A stretch of 64,000 nucleotides of DNA from Catajapyx aquilonaris (taxonomy: Eukaryota). Positions 11,439 to 24,605 of this stretch are shown in pieces (position 1 is the first letter of the stretch; the number at the start of each line of letters is the position of its first letter). The position numbers and the translations under genes are program-made. The stretch covers positions 1 to 64,000 of the forward strand of contig KZ538137.1 of assembly GCA_000934665.2 (NCBI GenBank), written 5' to 3'. The notes under the pieces were generated by a model. That model did not search any database, was not told where the DNA came from, and saw only the letters and a program-made list of their open reading frames with translations.

Positions 11439-13266
11439 ATGTACTCCAGTCGGTTTATGCGTCCCCTCTTGACCCCAGACCCACATTACATCCCAGGGTA
11501 AGCAAAAAAAATTTTAATCGCAAAAAAAAATTGCTAACAGTCGAAATTCAAGCACGGTGTTGTTGACCTTTCTAGGTACACGGGCTACTGCCCACAGTTC
11601 AAGTACCGATGTGGCCGTACCTATGGCATGGGCACACATGACTGCCTCAACGACCCCACGGTTCCCACCTCGCCTCGTAGCGTCTTGGCCAATCAATATC
11701 ACGACGAAACAAAGGTAATTGCATTTATTTACGTTATTGATTCTGCTCATTAAATTATCGTATGTGTCAGACGCGATGCGGTAAAAGTATAAAAGTGGAC
11801 AACCATTTGAACCAAGAACAAAAGGTGGCTTTCAGAGAAACTGAAATAACTTAACATCACTTGCTCCAAGGTGTAGTATGGTTTTGGAGCCCAGTAATTC
11901 ACTTTGCCAATTTGCCAAGTTAAATTACTGTCATGACAACTGGTTATGGTTGAAAAATGTTCCAAAATTGCGTTTGTACAGCACCATGGAAACATGACAA
12001 CAGGACGCGTATCCATTGTTGCGATTAAGATAATCAGTTGTTGCCAATAGTTAGAACATTACTGGCTGCAGTTTCTGCCTCTATATTCATCAGCAATGAT
12101 GGCAACATTGGCGTGCCAGTCCTTACACTTAGGTAACATAGTCCAAAACTCTTTGCATGCTAGATTATTAATGTGGTGATCACACGTGTGGGGAGATTGC
12201 CACATGCTCATACTCGCATTTTTCTTTAATTTTGGTACCATCACGCGCTAACTTCAACATTGTGTTCCAGACATATGGGGGTCTGTACGAACAGGTCGGT
12301 TCTGCTGCGGCCAATGCGACCCACTGGGGCCAGCACTTACAGGGACCCCAAGTCTACACGCCCAGGATGAAGTCCGGATATACCGGACACATCCCATGTC
12401 TAGAGGCGCAGAATCTGTTCGGACAAGGGTACCCGGATATGTGCCAGAGGGCCCTGGAAAGGTTCAACCGAGACCAACGACGGTTCCGGGACTATTACCG
12501 CGAGCTGGACAACATGCTTGACCAGTCCTACGCCGATAACTGCCGGTTAGTACCAAGTTTACAATACAATATGCAACCATGATGTCATTGTTGTCAATAA
12601 TTGCAGGCCAGGCAACATGTCGGGAGGTACCGCCGGTACCGTACCAAACACCATGGTTGGACCATGCTCACCACCGACTGTCCCGGTGTGCAACAATCGG
12701 TCCCCTAATGACCCATGCGGTGGAATGGGTAGCGGCCAGGTGCCCTACGACCCTTGCGCCTGTCTGCCCCTGACCAAAATCAGGCGTGACGACCAGGTGA
12801 CCCTTCCTCGGTACGAGCCAGACACCAGTAAGGCAATATCGCCCTACTTCATGGACAGTCAGGACCCCAACAAAACCTTCATCCCTGGGTACACCGGATA
12901 CATCCCTTGCAACGTACGTGTTGAAACCCATATACTGGTTCCAGTGGTAAATACCGTCTTCTCTTGCAGCATTACCACATAGCCCGTACATACCCAGTGG
13001 CCACAAACCAGGCTCTGAAGGAGTTTACATCCAAACTTGACAAGAACCTGACCAATCGGTGGGAGAACGTGGACGTCAGTGGAGCCGGACCATGCGCCAG
13101 AACCGGACCCAGACCCGGAGGTGCCCGGGAACCCATCGTGTACCGGGATGTTGGAATCATACCAAACTACACCGGACACGTACCCGGAGAGCAGTTCAGA
13201 TTCGGACAGACTTTCGGTATCTCTAGCCGGAATGCTCCAAAGACCCTCAAGGAGTACAAGGTCTAA
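11439..13266 (+). CDS. FAM166B: FAM166/CIMIP2-family (UPF0605) ciliary microtubule inner protein, ~358 aa. Exons 11439-11497, 11576-11714, 12271-12545, 12607-12913, 12970-13266
   Basis: The spliced product begins [37 protein letters not shown]. It has four family-type repeats ([35 protein letters not shown]) plus SPYFM and FRFGQTFG. Introns are GT-AG and in phase; AATAAA at 13272-13277. The first two exons are missed by the ORF track. The symbol is family-level only. Confidence 0.88.
11927..11993. promoter_or_regulatory. RFX X-box-like motifs in intron 2 of the ciliary gene
   Basis: ACTGTCATGACAAC (11927-11940) fits RYYNYYWWRRNRAC, and GCACCATGGAAAC (11981-11993) is a second X-box-like site. 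Confidence 0.45.
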
Positions 13267-15403
13267 GTGACAATAAAACGTATACACAGAGGGACAACCC
13301 AACCCCATGTTTCCTATACATTCGGGGTACTCTTTTCAGGCTTCCAACGGTTATGGGATATGCACCTGGATTGGGTAGGGGGATAAGGGTCGTTGAATAG
13401 TTTTTGTGGGTCTTTCCAGGTGTGTGGAATATAACGACTCACGTGCCAACAGTATTGCCCAAAAGGTAAAAACGTGTTGAAAACCTTGACCTTCCGTACT
13501 GTACTGTACGTACTTCCTAATTTCACATCTGTTAAACGGCGGATATGACACAACAGCAATCAGCAACGTTCCTAAAAGGACCGTTGGGGAAGCTGCGTAG
13601 CTCGTGCCAGCATCTGTCAGAAGCGGGTCCTGTTTGAGCAGTTCTTCTATACAATATCCCCTCCATCCCCACGGTGCATTGTGCATCAACAAAAGAGGAC
13701 GGGATAGGAATGCGGCTGTGCAGATATGAGGCAAAAGTTGCCTCAGAGATATCAAGGACGTCTCATTGTTTACCCCCAACACAAGTCACGGGAGATGAAT
13801 GAAAACTTGATTGAAAACGGAGCAGGAGACGAATACATCAAACGTACTTTCCCTATTGTCATGTCCTAAGAAGCGTCGCTCTTATTATGACGATAGGGCC
13901 TATTTTTTCCACTGTCGATATGCTGGGAAGGGAAAGCCGCCATTTCCCGGATGTGGCTAGAACGGGAAGTGTTGAATCAAAATCTACTCTCTCCATTTTA
14001 AAAAAAGAGTACCGAGTGCGTCGTTTTAAGTATGCAGTCCACGCCTACAGAGATTCCATGGATACGTCATTGCGATCCTTTTCTCTCGCGATGTGGTTTT
14101 TTTTATTGTTGTTTACAGGTCAGGCGACAGTACGCGGGAAAATCCAGTGCCAGTCACCTTACGTGGAAATCACTTGAGTCAATTTCATTTTATTGGAGGA
14201 TGTGGTTCTTTCATACCCGATTATAGCCATTGATTTCCGATGTTAGAGAGCAGCTGGTGTTATCTAATCGGGCTTGAAAGGATCTATCAAGAGGAATTTT
14301 GATTTTGGCCTTTGTGGTGAATGGGGGGGCTAAGGTTGCGGTATGATCTTTGGCATATATATTTTTTTCCAGTGCTGACGTTCCTCAATGATGTCCATGT
14401 TTATGTAAAGAAATTGCGATATGGTGTGATTTACGATTCATAGGTCGCTGCATTGAAACTAATCTAATCTTATTTTTGCGACGTAATCAAATTGTATTGA
14501 AGTGCTGCAAACATTTACACTGGCATTTTTTGTAAACAATAACAACTTTAGACACAAACTTTCAAATTCAACATTATTAATAATTGAAAATTGATTTATA
14601 TTAGAAGATGGCATGTAGTAGAAAGACTGTAACATGATGTAGTTAATTATACTGTATGACAATCATTACCAACTGAAAAACTGAAATTGTACAAAAAGTT
14701 ACGTAACTCTTCCTGGGAACTGCCAGAACAGCACTGGATTATAACCTTGTAAGTATATGGCGCACGCTTATTCCATAATAGTGCAAGCCAGCATGAGTAT
14801 CATGTCTCGAAATTATAATTCACCGAGAGCACGTAAGGTCACTTAGAATAGGCAATGCTTACATAAGTTCAAATGTACAAACATTGTTGCATAACGCAAT
14901 GTAAGTCCCTTCTACTATACCCGGTTCCAAACTATGTTTCAAAATGTCAAGAGAGTCCTTCGGGTTAATTCGTTCCGATGTCCAGCCAGCTGGCCAACAA
15001 CACGCGACGGTTCATCAATCAAGCTGACTGATTTCAGCCTCACCGCGTCCAAAGTAATGCATTTACAACGTCCTGCTCTGAATACCACTCTACTCACCAG
15101 AATTAACCCTGACCCTCTAATAGTCTTCACTTGTCCGAAGAAGTGCACATAAAATTATTACACAAATCAGGCATTTATTACATCCGAGATCATAATCTCC
15201 AAAATTACAACACCGATGGGACATACTGACCTAAAGACCCGCTCTCTCTTCTTTTGCCCCCCCACCCAAGGTACATCGTGCCCACCCTATCCTACCCCCA
15301 GGTGAACCGGTGGTCCTCGATCCGATAGGTGTCTCTGTGGGTTCAGTAGTTGGTTTGATTCGAGCGTGAGAGGACGCGTGCGTGTCCCACTAGCCAAAGA
15401 ACC

Positions 15404-15508
15404 ATGGGAGCTGCCAGGGTGCTGCTGGACACGAGGTCTGTCCCATCATGCGGGGTCACCCAGGAGGTCATGCCACCCCCTCCAGTCAAGGCCCTTTCAG
15501 TCCCAAAG
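15404..15508 (+). CDS. Candidate alternative first coding exon of coiled-coil gene A (MGAARVLLDTRSVPSCGVTQEVMPPPPVKALSVPK)
   Basis: TCAGT initiator at 15343, good Kozak context ACCATGG, 35 open codons and a phase-0 donor AAG|GTACGC compatible with the acceptor at 22481. Confidence 0.5.
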
Positions 15509-17140
15509 GTACGCTACTACATCGATCCGCATGACATACTCAAGGTTCGCACCCGATTCCTACGTGACCACCATGCGTAACACCCCCCACACACTCACGT
15601 TTGAATATGGAGGAAAAATAACCGTCGTTTTATCACGGAATATTGTATTTTCAAACTGGTTAATTTGGCTATTTTTTAACAGCTTTTTGCAGCTGGTGCC
15701 CTAATTTCATATGAACTTGAATTTTTTTTGTAAGGGTCAGCCATCGATTTTTCGTGCGTGAGAGATCATACGAGAGATTACTCCGGGAGTACAGTGCAAT
15801 TGACGGCGTTAACATGCAGAACCGCCATTATATGGGGTATTGTAGGTCCGTGTATGAGATATTGCAGAGTATTGTTTTGACAAAAGGTCATGGATTGTCG
15901 CATAAATTTAACTCAGCAGATCCTTTGTGAATTGGCACCTATGCTAGCAGTAATAATTAGTAATTGTATTACTATAATAATTATAGTCATACACACGATG
16001 TTATTTTCATTGCCGAGAGCAATTATTGCTCTCGGCAATGAAAACAACATCGCACAACGAAGAACATTTCAAAGAATTTTAATTCCGGTAAACCTGGTAA
16101 TTGAACCTGTGTGCACTGACGTCGTTAACATTACATCATGATGTAACCCAAATTTATGCCATACATTTTATAATGCAAACAATGGGAGCTTGTAGGAGGA
16201 ATTTGAGCACAATAGAATGAGCGCACATCAACTGTGGCAATGATGGTGAGAGGCTCTTATATGATTATAACAACAAAAAAAAAGTAATGAGGATGAAAAT
16301 ATGAACGAAGGAATATCGCTTCGATTATTATTATTCGAGGTCGGAAGAGGCCACAACTCTGGCAATAGTGATGACGTTCGTCAGGCTGTATGGTAATAGG
16401 ATGTTAGATAGGTTGCCTTATCACCTATGCGTTCATCACTTTTCATGATGACCAAAGTGCAGATATCGCGTACCGTATCTAAAAATTTCGATAGCCTTGT
16501 TCGCTCATCCTTGTTTATATCGAATCACACTTATTAAAAGTGCGCTACTAACATACAAGTGGTGTTCAATCTTTAATATCGGCACCCCAATTATCCGTTA
16601 TTATCCGTTCTAAATAACGGCTGTTATATCGATTATGTAGGGCACATGTGACGGTAGTGAAAATGTACAAGATAATACTGTTATTTTATAATTCGTTAGG
16701 GCGTAACAGTTATACCCAATTAGTTATCACATTGCTGGGACAATTATTAGGAGCAGAAGCTATGTGTCGTGATAAATGCGACATAATTGTTTCATGGCCT
16801 AGATTTTTCAATTTAATGTTGAAGTTAATTTCGCCAGTCAAAGAGGTGCCGGGCCTGTTTAATGTTCGAACCACACATCTACACAGGCAAAACTGAGTGA
16901 AATAATTTCCGGTAGCCCCTACACACCACTTACGAGCATATTACCCGCAAAAGTGCTCCCAAAAGAGCCCTAACTGTAACAACCGCCAAGCGCAAAATTA
17001 CATTTTCCAACGTGAAAATGACAACCCCCATCCCCAAAGAGCTCCATCAAGCAATATTATTCCATTGTCCTCCATACCCAACAATATTTACCCCCCCCAG
17101 AAGCACCCAACTTAATTTGATTAAACTCTGCAAAACACAG

Positions 17141-17485
17141 TGACGTCACCCCCAATTTGCCTAAACACCCATCAGCTGACACCCCAGTCCATTGGCACTT
17201 GGCATTCCCCGACCTCCAGGCGAAACTATAATTCTGGCCGTAGCCACCTTCAAGTGGCCTCCACACACTCACATATGCATTGTGACCTCACCAGCGGGTA
17301 TAGTCAAGACTGACGTCAGCTTCATCCCAGGGAAGCGTTTCGTTATATCGGCAGAGTTGTCCCGTTGGCTTATCCAGTTGCGGAACGAGGTCACGAGGCC
17401 GCAAAACTCGCGCCTTTGTACACATATGCAGATCTTAGCTCGTGGTTGGAGGAACGGTTGAAATTCCGGTCTTCGTCTGTCAGTT
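17141..17485 (+). promoter_or_regulatory. Promoter of gene A with two full CRE palindromes and an initiator
   Basis: TGACGTCA at 17141-17148 and 17311-17318, variant TGACCTCA at 17283-17290, and Inr TCAGTT at 17480-17485, about 40 nt before ATG 17521. Confidence 0.55.
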
Positions 17486-17520
17486 TACCAGTGTGAGCTC
17501 GAACGTTCGCAACGGAGGGT

Positions 17521-20500
17521 ATGGCGCCTCCTGCGCTGATACCGCACTACGAACCGTACGAGACTAGGGTATGGGATCGGAGTCAGAAGATACTACAGGA
17601 GTTTAAGGATCAGATGCATTTTTCGGTGAGTGTTTTGAGGATTCCTGTATGTGGACTGTGGAGGTAACGGGTCGGCCTCCTTCTTTATGTGATGTATTAT
17701 CTGCAACTTGCCTCTGTCGGCCTACTTCTAAGCCTGGTTTGTATTCCTCTGCGGGTAAAAATGCTGCTAGACAGCACTGTCACCTGACGCAATCGGGGGT
17801 GCAAGTATTACATTTGTAGATCAGTAGGTCTTGGTGCTCTATAAGGAAATGGGTTTCTTCCTATCCACTTTCAATGCTAACTGCTGGGGGGTTTAAAATG
17901 TGCATGTAATTTTTTAAATCAAAGGCGACATGTATGGTGTACTGTGCAGTATTTGAAAGGAATGACTCATAAGCACTCTCGTATTCGTGACTCGCTTTGC
18001 AAATGTCAGCTTTCGCGAAAATGCTCGTCAACATGTTTCATGCCCTGCAGTATTAAGGAGTGCAAAGTTGTGATCTCATCTCAAGTGTCATTGACATTAC
18101 TCGTGATATGCTTGCATTGGTCGAATATTGTACGTAATTATGACACCCAAATTACTTATCAATGTTGTAAATTACTACTTTCCTTGGCTGTTTCCCCGTG
18201 AAACAATACATATGGCGCGGTTACTGGTTGATAATATGAAAGTGTTTATTCAAATCACGTTGATAGTCCTTTGAAGTACGCTTTTGCGAGACAATAATAG
18301 TCTATCTATACGACATTTATGCATACTCACAGACTGGCGAAGCTCGGCTGTAAGAAATACTCTATTACTCGATCTTCCCCGCTCTTAAATGCAAGTTATT
18401 ATGTGTAAAGATATTAATGCAAGATCATGCAGCATTTTAATTGCGTTTTCATGAAAAACTTCCTCTACAACGCCATCGTACTATTTTTGATTGATATGAT
18501 TTTACACTAGACACAATGAGTTTGACAGCTCAGTTTTTAGAGCTGACACACTCACTAGGCAGCATAATTATGCGTTTTAAACTACCTGAGCTTGCGTGCA
18601 GTTAATGATGCTGATGCATCACCCACATCTGGACTCCACCATTTGTATACATGACGCGTATATACTGTACAGAGCCTGCGTCCTACAGGTGTGTGTAACT
18701 CAATTTCGCAGTTCCTTTGCAGGTCCCCAAAGTAGAGCATCAATCAGGAAGCGTGCTGTCCTAAGAAAAGGGAATTACTTATACTGTAATTACCTAAAGT
18801 GTTATGGGAAGCGCAATCCCTTTTCGCGTGACCACCCTGCCACAAAGCGTGTTGTCGATGACGATACCCTTCTTTGTGTTCCCTTTGTGTGGGATATGCC
18901 AGCTTCTTCGTGACCTCCACAACCTTCTGGAAATGTTAATTAAGGGCCCTTCTTTTTTTTGGCAAACGGTGCCTGTTCATTAGGTACAGAAGAAGAAAAA
19001 AAAACGGGCCTGTTTCTGCTAAGACAAAGAGAATCGAAAGGTTGGCCGAGTGTAACCAAGTCATAATACCATTTGCGTGTGAAGACCTCAATAAGGTTCC
19101 ATTTACCGCTGCTATGGACTATAATGAGGAGAGGTCGTGCCAAAAAAAGAAGACGAAAAAGTGGCAGAACTTGCCTAGGCTTTGCTCTGTTGCGTCTTCC
19201 GCTTCCGATGACCGATTTAGGTGAGGTCGGCTTGAAGAAAAATATATGGCGACCCTGTAAAATATTCTTTAATGGAGATTACAAATTCCACAATTGCAAT
19301 GGAAAAAACGCCACCTGTCGATGGGACTATGAACCCGACTATGGCGTCATCGACCATATGTCAAGGTGAACATTTCTAGACCGATATTTCATTTTTTGAC
19401 CATTCTGGCACGAACCCATAATTTTCACATGAGTGTGACGTTGCTTCAGCTCTCCCAAGGAGAAACACCAGTAACGGGCTGAGAGTGTCAAAATATTTGC
19501 ATTTCTATCTGGCAATATACCGGACTTGTTAGTACTGTACATTTTCTCATGCATTCTCGTGGGTTTTGTCGGTAAAATATACTGCACTTTCAGTGAGGCA
19601 TATTTTGAAAAGTTGGTAATAACAATGAATGTGATTTGCCAGTATCCGGCACCGCGGGGCCTTTATGGTCGGGTCGCCGTAACTCTGACACAGTATCCGG
19701 CACCGGTGCGTCGAATTGTGTTCTGCGAACTTATTACTAAGCAATTGCATAATTATTTTTCACTACATTTGTGCCTTTTTGCTCATGTATCCGATATACT
19801 TCAGACTCCTCCGAAAATTCCTACAGCGACACGCCAAAATTTCAGAAAGAGATACTGCTGTTTGTTCCTGCCCCGGACTACACCGAAAACAACGCGTAAT
19901 CTATATTTACGACCCTAGATGAAAAAGAAGGACAAAATCATCCACCCTGTTGCTTGGAAGCCTATGTCGCAATATCCTTGTAAAAATAGTTGTGATTCGA
20001 CTTTCCACACTCGATCGCGGGAAGACCTTGTTTGCAGTGAGGAGGTTATAGGTACCGGGGGGGCTTCCGGTTCCATTTTTAGGCACGTATTCTATCTGGT
20101 GACGAATAAGTTTTGCGTCGAGAACACATTCTGAGGTGCGGGGACTTCACGCAGTAGGCACGTTGAGCACTGTTATATATGCTTGAATGTAGGGTGATAT
20201 TGGAACTTATCCAACTTAGAATCGGGTACGTGGGACTTCCACCTGTTCCCATGGACCCCCTACTTCTTTTTTATTCACTTAACAGGACAGAGGCATTGTC
20301 CTTCAGTCATTCACACCTGGCTAGCAATCAGTAATGAATGGCTAGCTCAAACCAAGTTTTATGACTTTATTTCTCAAGCGAGACTCTTACGCGTGCAGTG
20401 TCACAGGTAGCGTTGGCGTATAACTGTTAGCTGTGTGTAAGGGTGTAAAATTTGTCACACGGTTCCGATATGCAGTGAGGGTTGGCAGAAAAGGAAGTGA

Positions 20501-23500
20501 CGTTAGCTATGCAAATGGAAAATATGCTAACTGGTTACTTTCTAAGTGCAGAGTGGGTGGTGCATACACTGGTTTAGGCTAAAAAGGTGTGGAATGTCGC
20601 AGCAGCAATAGTGTAAAGAGCAGCAACCTGTTGACAATATTAATAGAATTGCTCTCATGGACCTTGTACTACCATGTGGAATTTCAGAGGGATTATTTCA
20701 TTGTCACAAAGTTCAGATTCACTAAACTATGTGCTTCTCACAAAACTACGAAAGAATCTTATAAATTTTACTCTTCATTGACAAGAAACGTAATGCCTCG
20801 AACATACCGGTATGCAGTACATATTTCTTATTTTTCTAAAAAGCATGAGATGAGCGATGTTACCAAAATAGAGCTTATATAACTAAGGCACATCCACTCA
20901 TTTTTATGGTACCAAAATAGTCAAATATGTGCTGTGTCATGCTTGTAATTAGCCAAACCATTCTGAAGTATTCCATTAATTCTCGCACAGAGATGTTTCC
21001 TGGATTTCTTGAAATTATTGCTAATCCCACGACATAACTTTGCATTTCTACCCCAGGCTTCTTCTTGTCCAAAATACGTAGTGCTCGTTCATGACTTCCT
21101 CGTCTACTTTTTTGCCTGTTGTTACGTGCAGAAAACTCAAAGAATAAAAGTGTAATGCAACCTTACGCAAGCAGAGTGAAAGTTCTTTAGTTTTACCATT
21201 TTAATTGCATGTTTGCAGTATGTCACCCACGCTTGGGATTAAAGTTGACCGAATACACTGCAATGTAGACAATTCAAGTTTGAATATAATTGACACTATA
21301 CACTGTTAAGTTAGTCACTTGACATCGAGATATGCATCTTGAGTTTGATTTGCTAATTATATTATGGGATTGCATAATGTGCAAATGCAAATTGCCTCGC
21401 AATGATAGTGTGTCGTGGGAAAGGGGATACCAAGTATGTAAATTGGCAATACTTGTTCCTACAATGTGACGTGCGCCACGTGTGAATTTTTATACAATAT
21501 ATTGCAACTGACCATCACCACCAACAACAACAACCTATGCATTGCAAATACCAACAGTGTTGGCTTTGCATTTACACCTGCACTTCCCTCCTATTACCAA
21601 TCCCTCGATTGTGGAACCAGGATTTACGCAAAGAGTTTCCGGTGTCCATTTGAAGGACAAATAATGGCCGTGTGGAATACCGTAAAAGTGACAGTACTAG
21701 TTGGGTGAGCGTGGTGGACAAACAAGCAAACTTTGCCTTTTACACAGATTATTACAGTATTAGTTATCCGGCAAATGGCATAATCTTCATTAATTTTACA
21801 ATCACAACTGCTCTTCAGGTTCATCACACACCTTGTGAATCGTTAATCGACCGAACACTTTCCTTTGCTTCCCATCCCTATATCAATGCCATCAGGTTGC
21901 TGCCCTTTATTATTCGACCGTCACACACGGTCACGCCATAAATGAGACTTAGGCTCCTTTATTCGGTTCATCAGATTACGAGGACAATCTCGTCCAAAGT
22001 TAACAATCGGTTACCGGATTTAAAATGCAGGCCTTCCAAGAAGTTGAAATGAAAGCCGACCTCGTAGAAAAGAGGGCATTGTTAAGCTCCTGAATGAATT
22101 ATCACACCTTTTTTTCTGCCGCACCTATTGTTACATTTAGCACGATTATATGGAACAATAATAATTGCAACCAGGAGTTTGCACCGAGCATGACGCCAGG
22201 TAATATCTCAAAATTGCAAGTCAGGTGACAACTTCCCATGAAAGGTGGCTCTTCAGGCGCACCTGTATACCGCGTGCCATATGGTTAAGTGCAGATTTCG
22301 CTACTAATAGCAATCAACCTTTTCTATGGAGAGCTTTGTCAGCACTTTCAGGCAAATCCGGCCGACGCTATCAACCCTAGCAACTTCCCTTCTAGCTCAG
22401 TGGTCGTGTGAACCGGCGCCGTATCTGTCACGTCCAACTTGGGACCGCTAATTAATCGGCTCCATTTTTGTTTCTTCACAGATGAATGTGGAGGATGAGT
22501 CTGAAGCTCGGCTCTTATCAGCCGCTCTATGGGCACGCCTGCAGCTGCGAGAGACTGCATGGCGACGCGCGGCAGCAGCCAGAGAAGCGCAGTTATCGTC
22601 GTTGCTACGACGTCTTCAAGGGCTAGAAGCACGGATGAGAAGTGAGCAGAGTCGACTGGCTGGCATATTGGCCAAGAAGGACAGTGTGATTGCCAGACAA
22701 CATCGAGAGATACAGAGGCTGAAGAGGAGAGTGGCTAGAGCCGCCGCGACAGTCGCCACTGTTGCTGAGGACATGAAGGACAAGGTGAGTCTTATGGCGA
22801 TATAATGAATTGAGCTGACTGTCCCCTTTCACTGGCAGCAATCAGACGGCCTTTTGGAGGAGGAAGAGGAAGTGGGGAGCAAGGAGGAAGTGGAGGAAGG
22901 AGAAAAGGAAGTGGTAGAGGACGAAGAAGGCGCGGCCTTGGTGGTGCGGATGGTGCGACGCTTCGAGGACCTGGCCAAGGCAAGGGAAAAGGAGGAAAAG
23001 AACGACAGTGGACGAGAGAGTGAGGAAGCAGACCACGAAGACAGCCTTCCGCCCCCACCGCCAGGGTTCTCCTCCTCGACGACGCCGTCGCCCCCAGCAA
23101 CCCCACCTCCTTCTCCGCCTGTGTCGCCACCGCCCCCGCCGCCCCCTTTGCCACCGCAAAGCACACCTCCTGATTCGCCACAGGAACCGCCTCAGCAATC
23201 CTCGCCGACAAATGAAACGGGTGTAGCCAATCACTCATGTAAGTCGGGTTGCAGTGCCAACCTAGTTGAAGGGCAAGATCTCGCAAGTTGTTGGCATCAT
23301 TTCGGAACTCATTTGCATGTATGAGTAGGTTCGAAATGAATCCAAACTGAATTCTAACAACATGGGAAATAGTGATACTAACTGGATAATTACAAAGCTA
23401 TTTTAGTTGTTATTCAAAAACAGTTTGCTCCTGCTCAATGGGCACACTATATAGCATTGTGTATGAATTCAGTGATGGCAACTGTATATACTGCTATAAT

Positions 23501-24605
23501 GCGTGATAAGATTTCTGTAATGTTTCCTTAATGCAAACTGAACCTTCTAGACTGGCGGTATCAGCCATAGCGCTATCAATGCGGCTGCAATTCGATAGTC
23601 AGCTAGTAGAAACCCAACCTTGAAACTTGGCAAGGTCTATTTGGCGTTAATGATGTCATTTCAGACCATGGCTCGGTATCCTGATGGGGCCATTTAATGT
23701 CCTTGTGATACCACCTTTTGCACAAAGACCCTATCTATTTAGTTCAAACCTGAACCACATCTAGTCAATTCCAAACGCTATAAACAGCGCAGCTAATTAT
23801 CCCGCAAACAACTTGAACAAAACCTGCCAATTTTCACCATCCCCATTATTTTTCCTCTCCATCTGCACACGCACGCATTCCATGGTTGGCAACAAGTGTT
23901 CGAAACAGTACCGCACTTGACAATGAACCCTTGTTTGACGAGTGTACAGACTGCATAATGAAGGATCTGCTGTACACAATGATTTATCAAATGAACAGTG
24001 TTTATATCCACCTGGCAGCTGCCGGTTGAGCTATAGCTCTGTTTCTATGAGAGGTTCCCTATGACCTTCCGGTTGAGCACAATATCTCACGTGTGTATAC
24101 AGTACCGGTCCAACAACAGAAGGGACAACAAAGGGAACTCATTTTCCTTTTCATTTGACATGCCAAGTGGCGTGGACTCGATCTGTGTGTCTCCCTCGCG
24201 TGTTTTGTGTGCACAGACCTCATTTCATGCCCGTACGACCCAGCAGTATCAAACTACGCAGCTGAAACACCGTGTGTAATTCCAGGTGCGAGTTTGGTGG
24301 CCTACCTGTCAGGAGGAGGAGGCGGACTGCTGGCAGCCACACCAGGGACACCTCTGGCTCCAAAAGACTGCAACTACGAGCGTTTTCTGGATGTCACAGG
24401 GTTGAGCCAGAAGGCCCTGGTGACCCCAAGCCGTCTGATGAACTGCAACCACAGGGGTGTGCTCAAACCCAGGGATGTCAAGCACAAGCAAAGACTTCGG
24501 GCTGCGGCCAATTCGGCGGGGACTGGTACCGGCACTGACCAGACAGGGTCAAACCAACCTGCGTCTAAACCTACCATGCGGTATTGGACAGAACCCTTCT
24601 TATGA
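17521..24605 (+). CDS. Uncharacterised coiled-coil / proline-rich protein (gene A), ~398 aa. Exons 17521-17625, 22482-22784, 22839-23238, 24217-24605
   Basis: Strong splice sites (TCG|GTGAGT, AAG|GTGAGT, T|GTAAGT; pyrimidine-rich acceptors) join in frame. The product is MAPPALIPHYEPYETRVWDRSQKILQEFK, a heptad-rich coiled coil, acidic and poly-Pro segments, and the C-terminal block NYERFLDVTGLSQK...NHRGVLKPRDVKHK...RYWTEPFL. Confidence 0.82.

Noticed and set aside
13420..13465. Exon-like 46-nt segment (TCTTTCCAG...AAG|GTAAAA) after the FAM166 poly(A) signal
   Set aside because: No compatible upstream exon or recognisable peptide; it may be chance or non-coding.
22792..23286. Gly-, Arg- or Pro-rich antisense ORFs here, at 4581-4832, 37294-38027 and 52565-52957
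   Set aside because: Shadows of low-complexity or GC-rich coding exons on the opposite strand.
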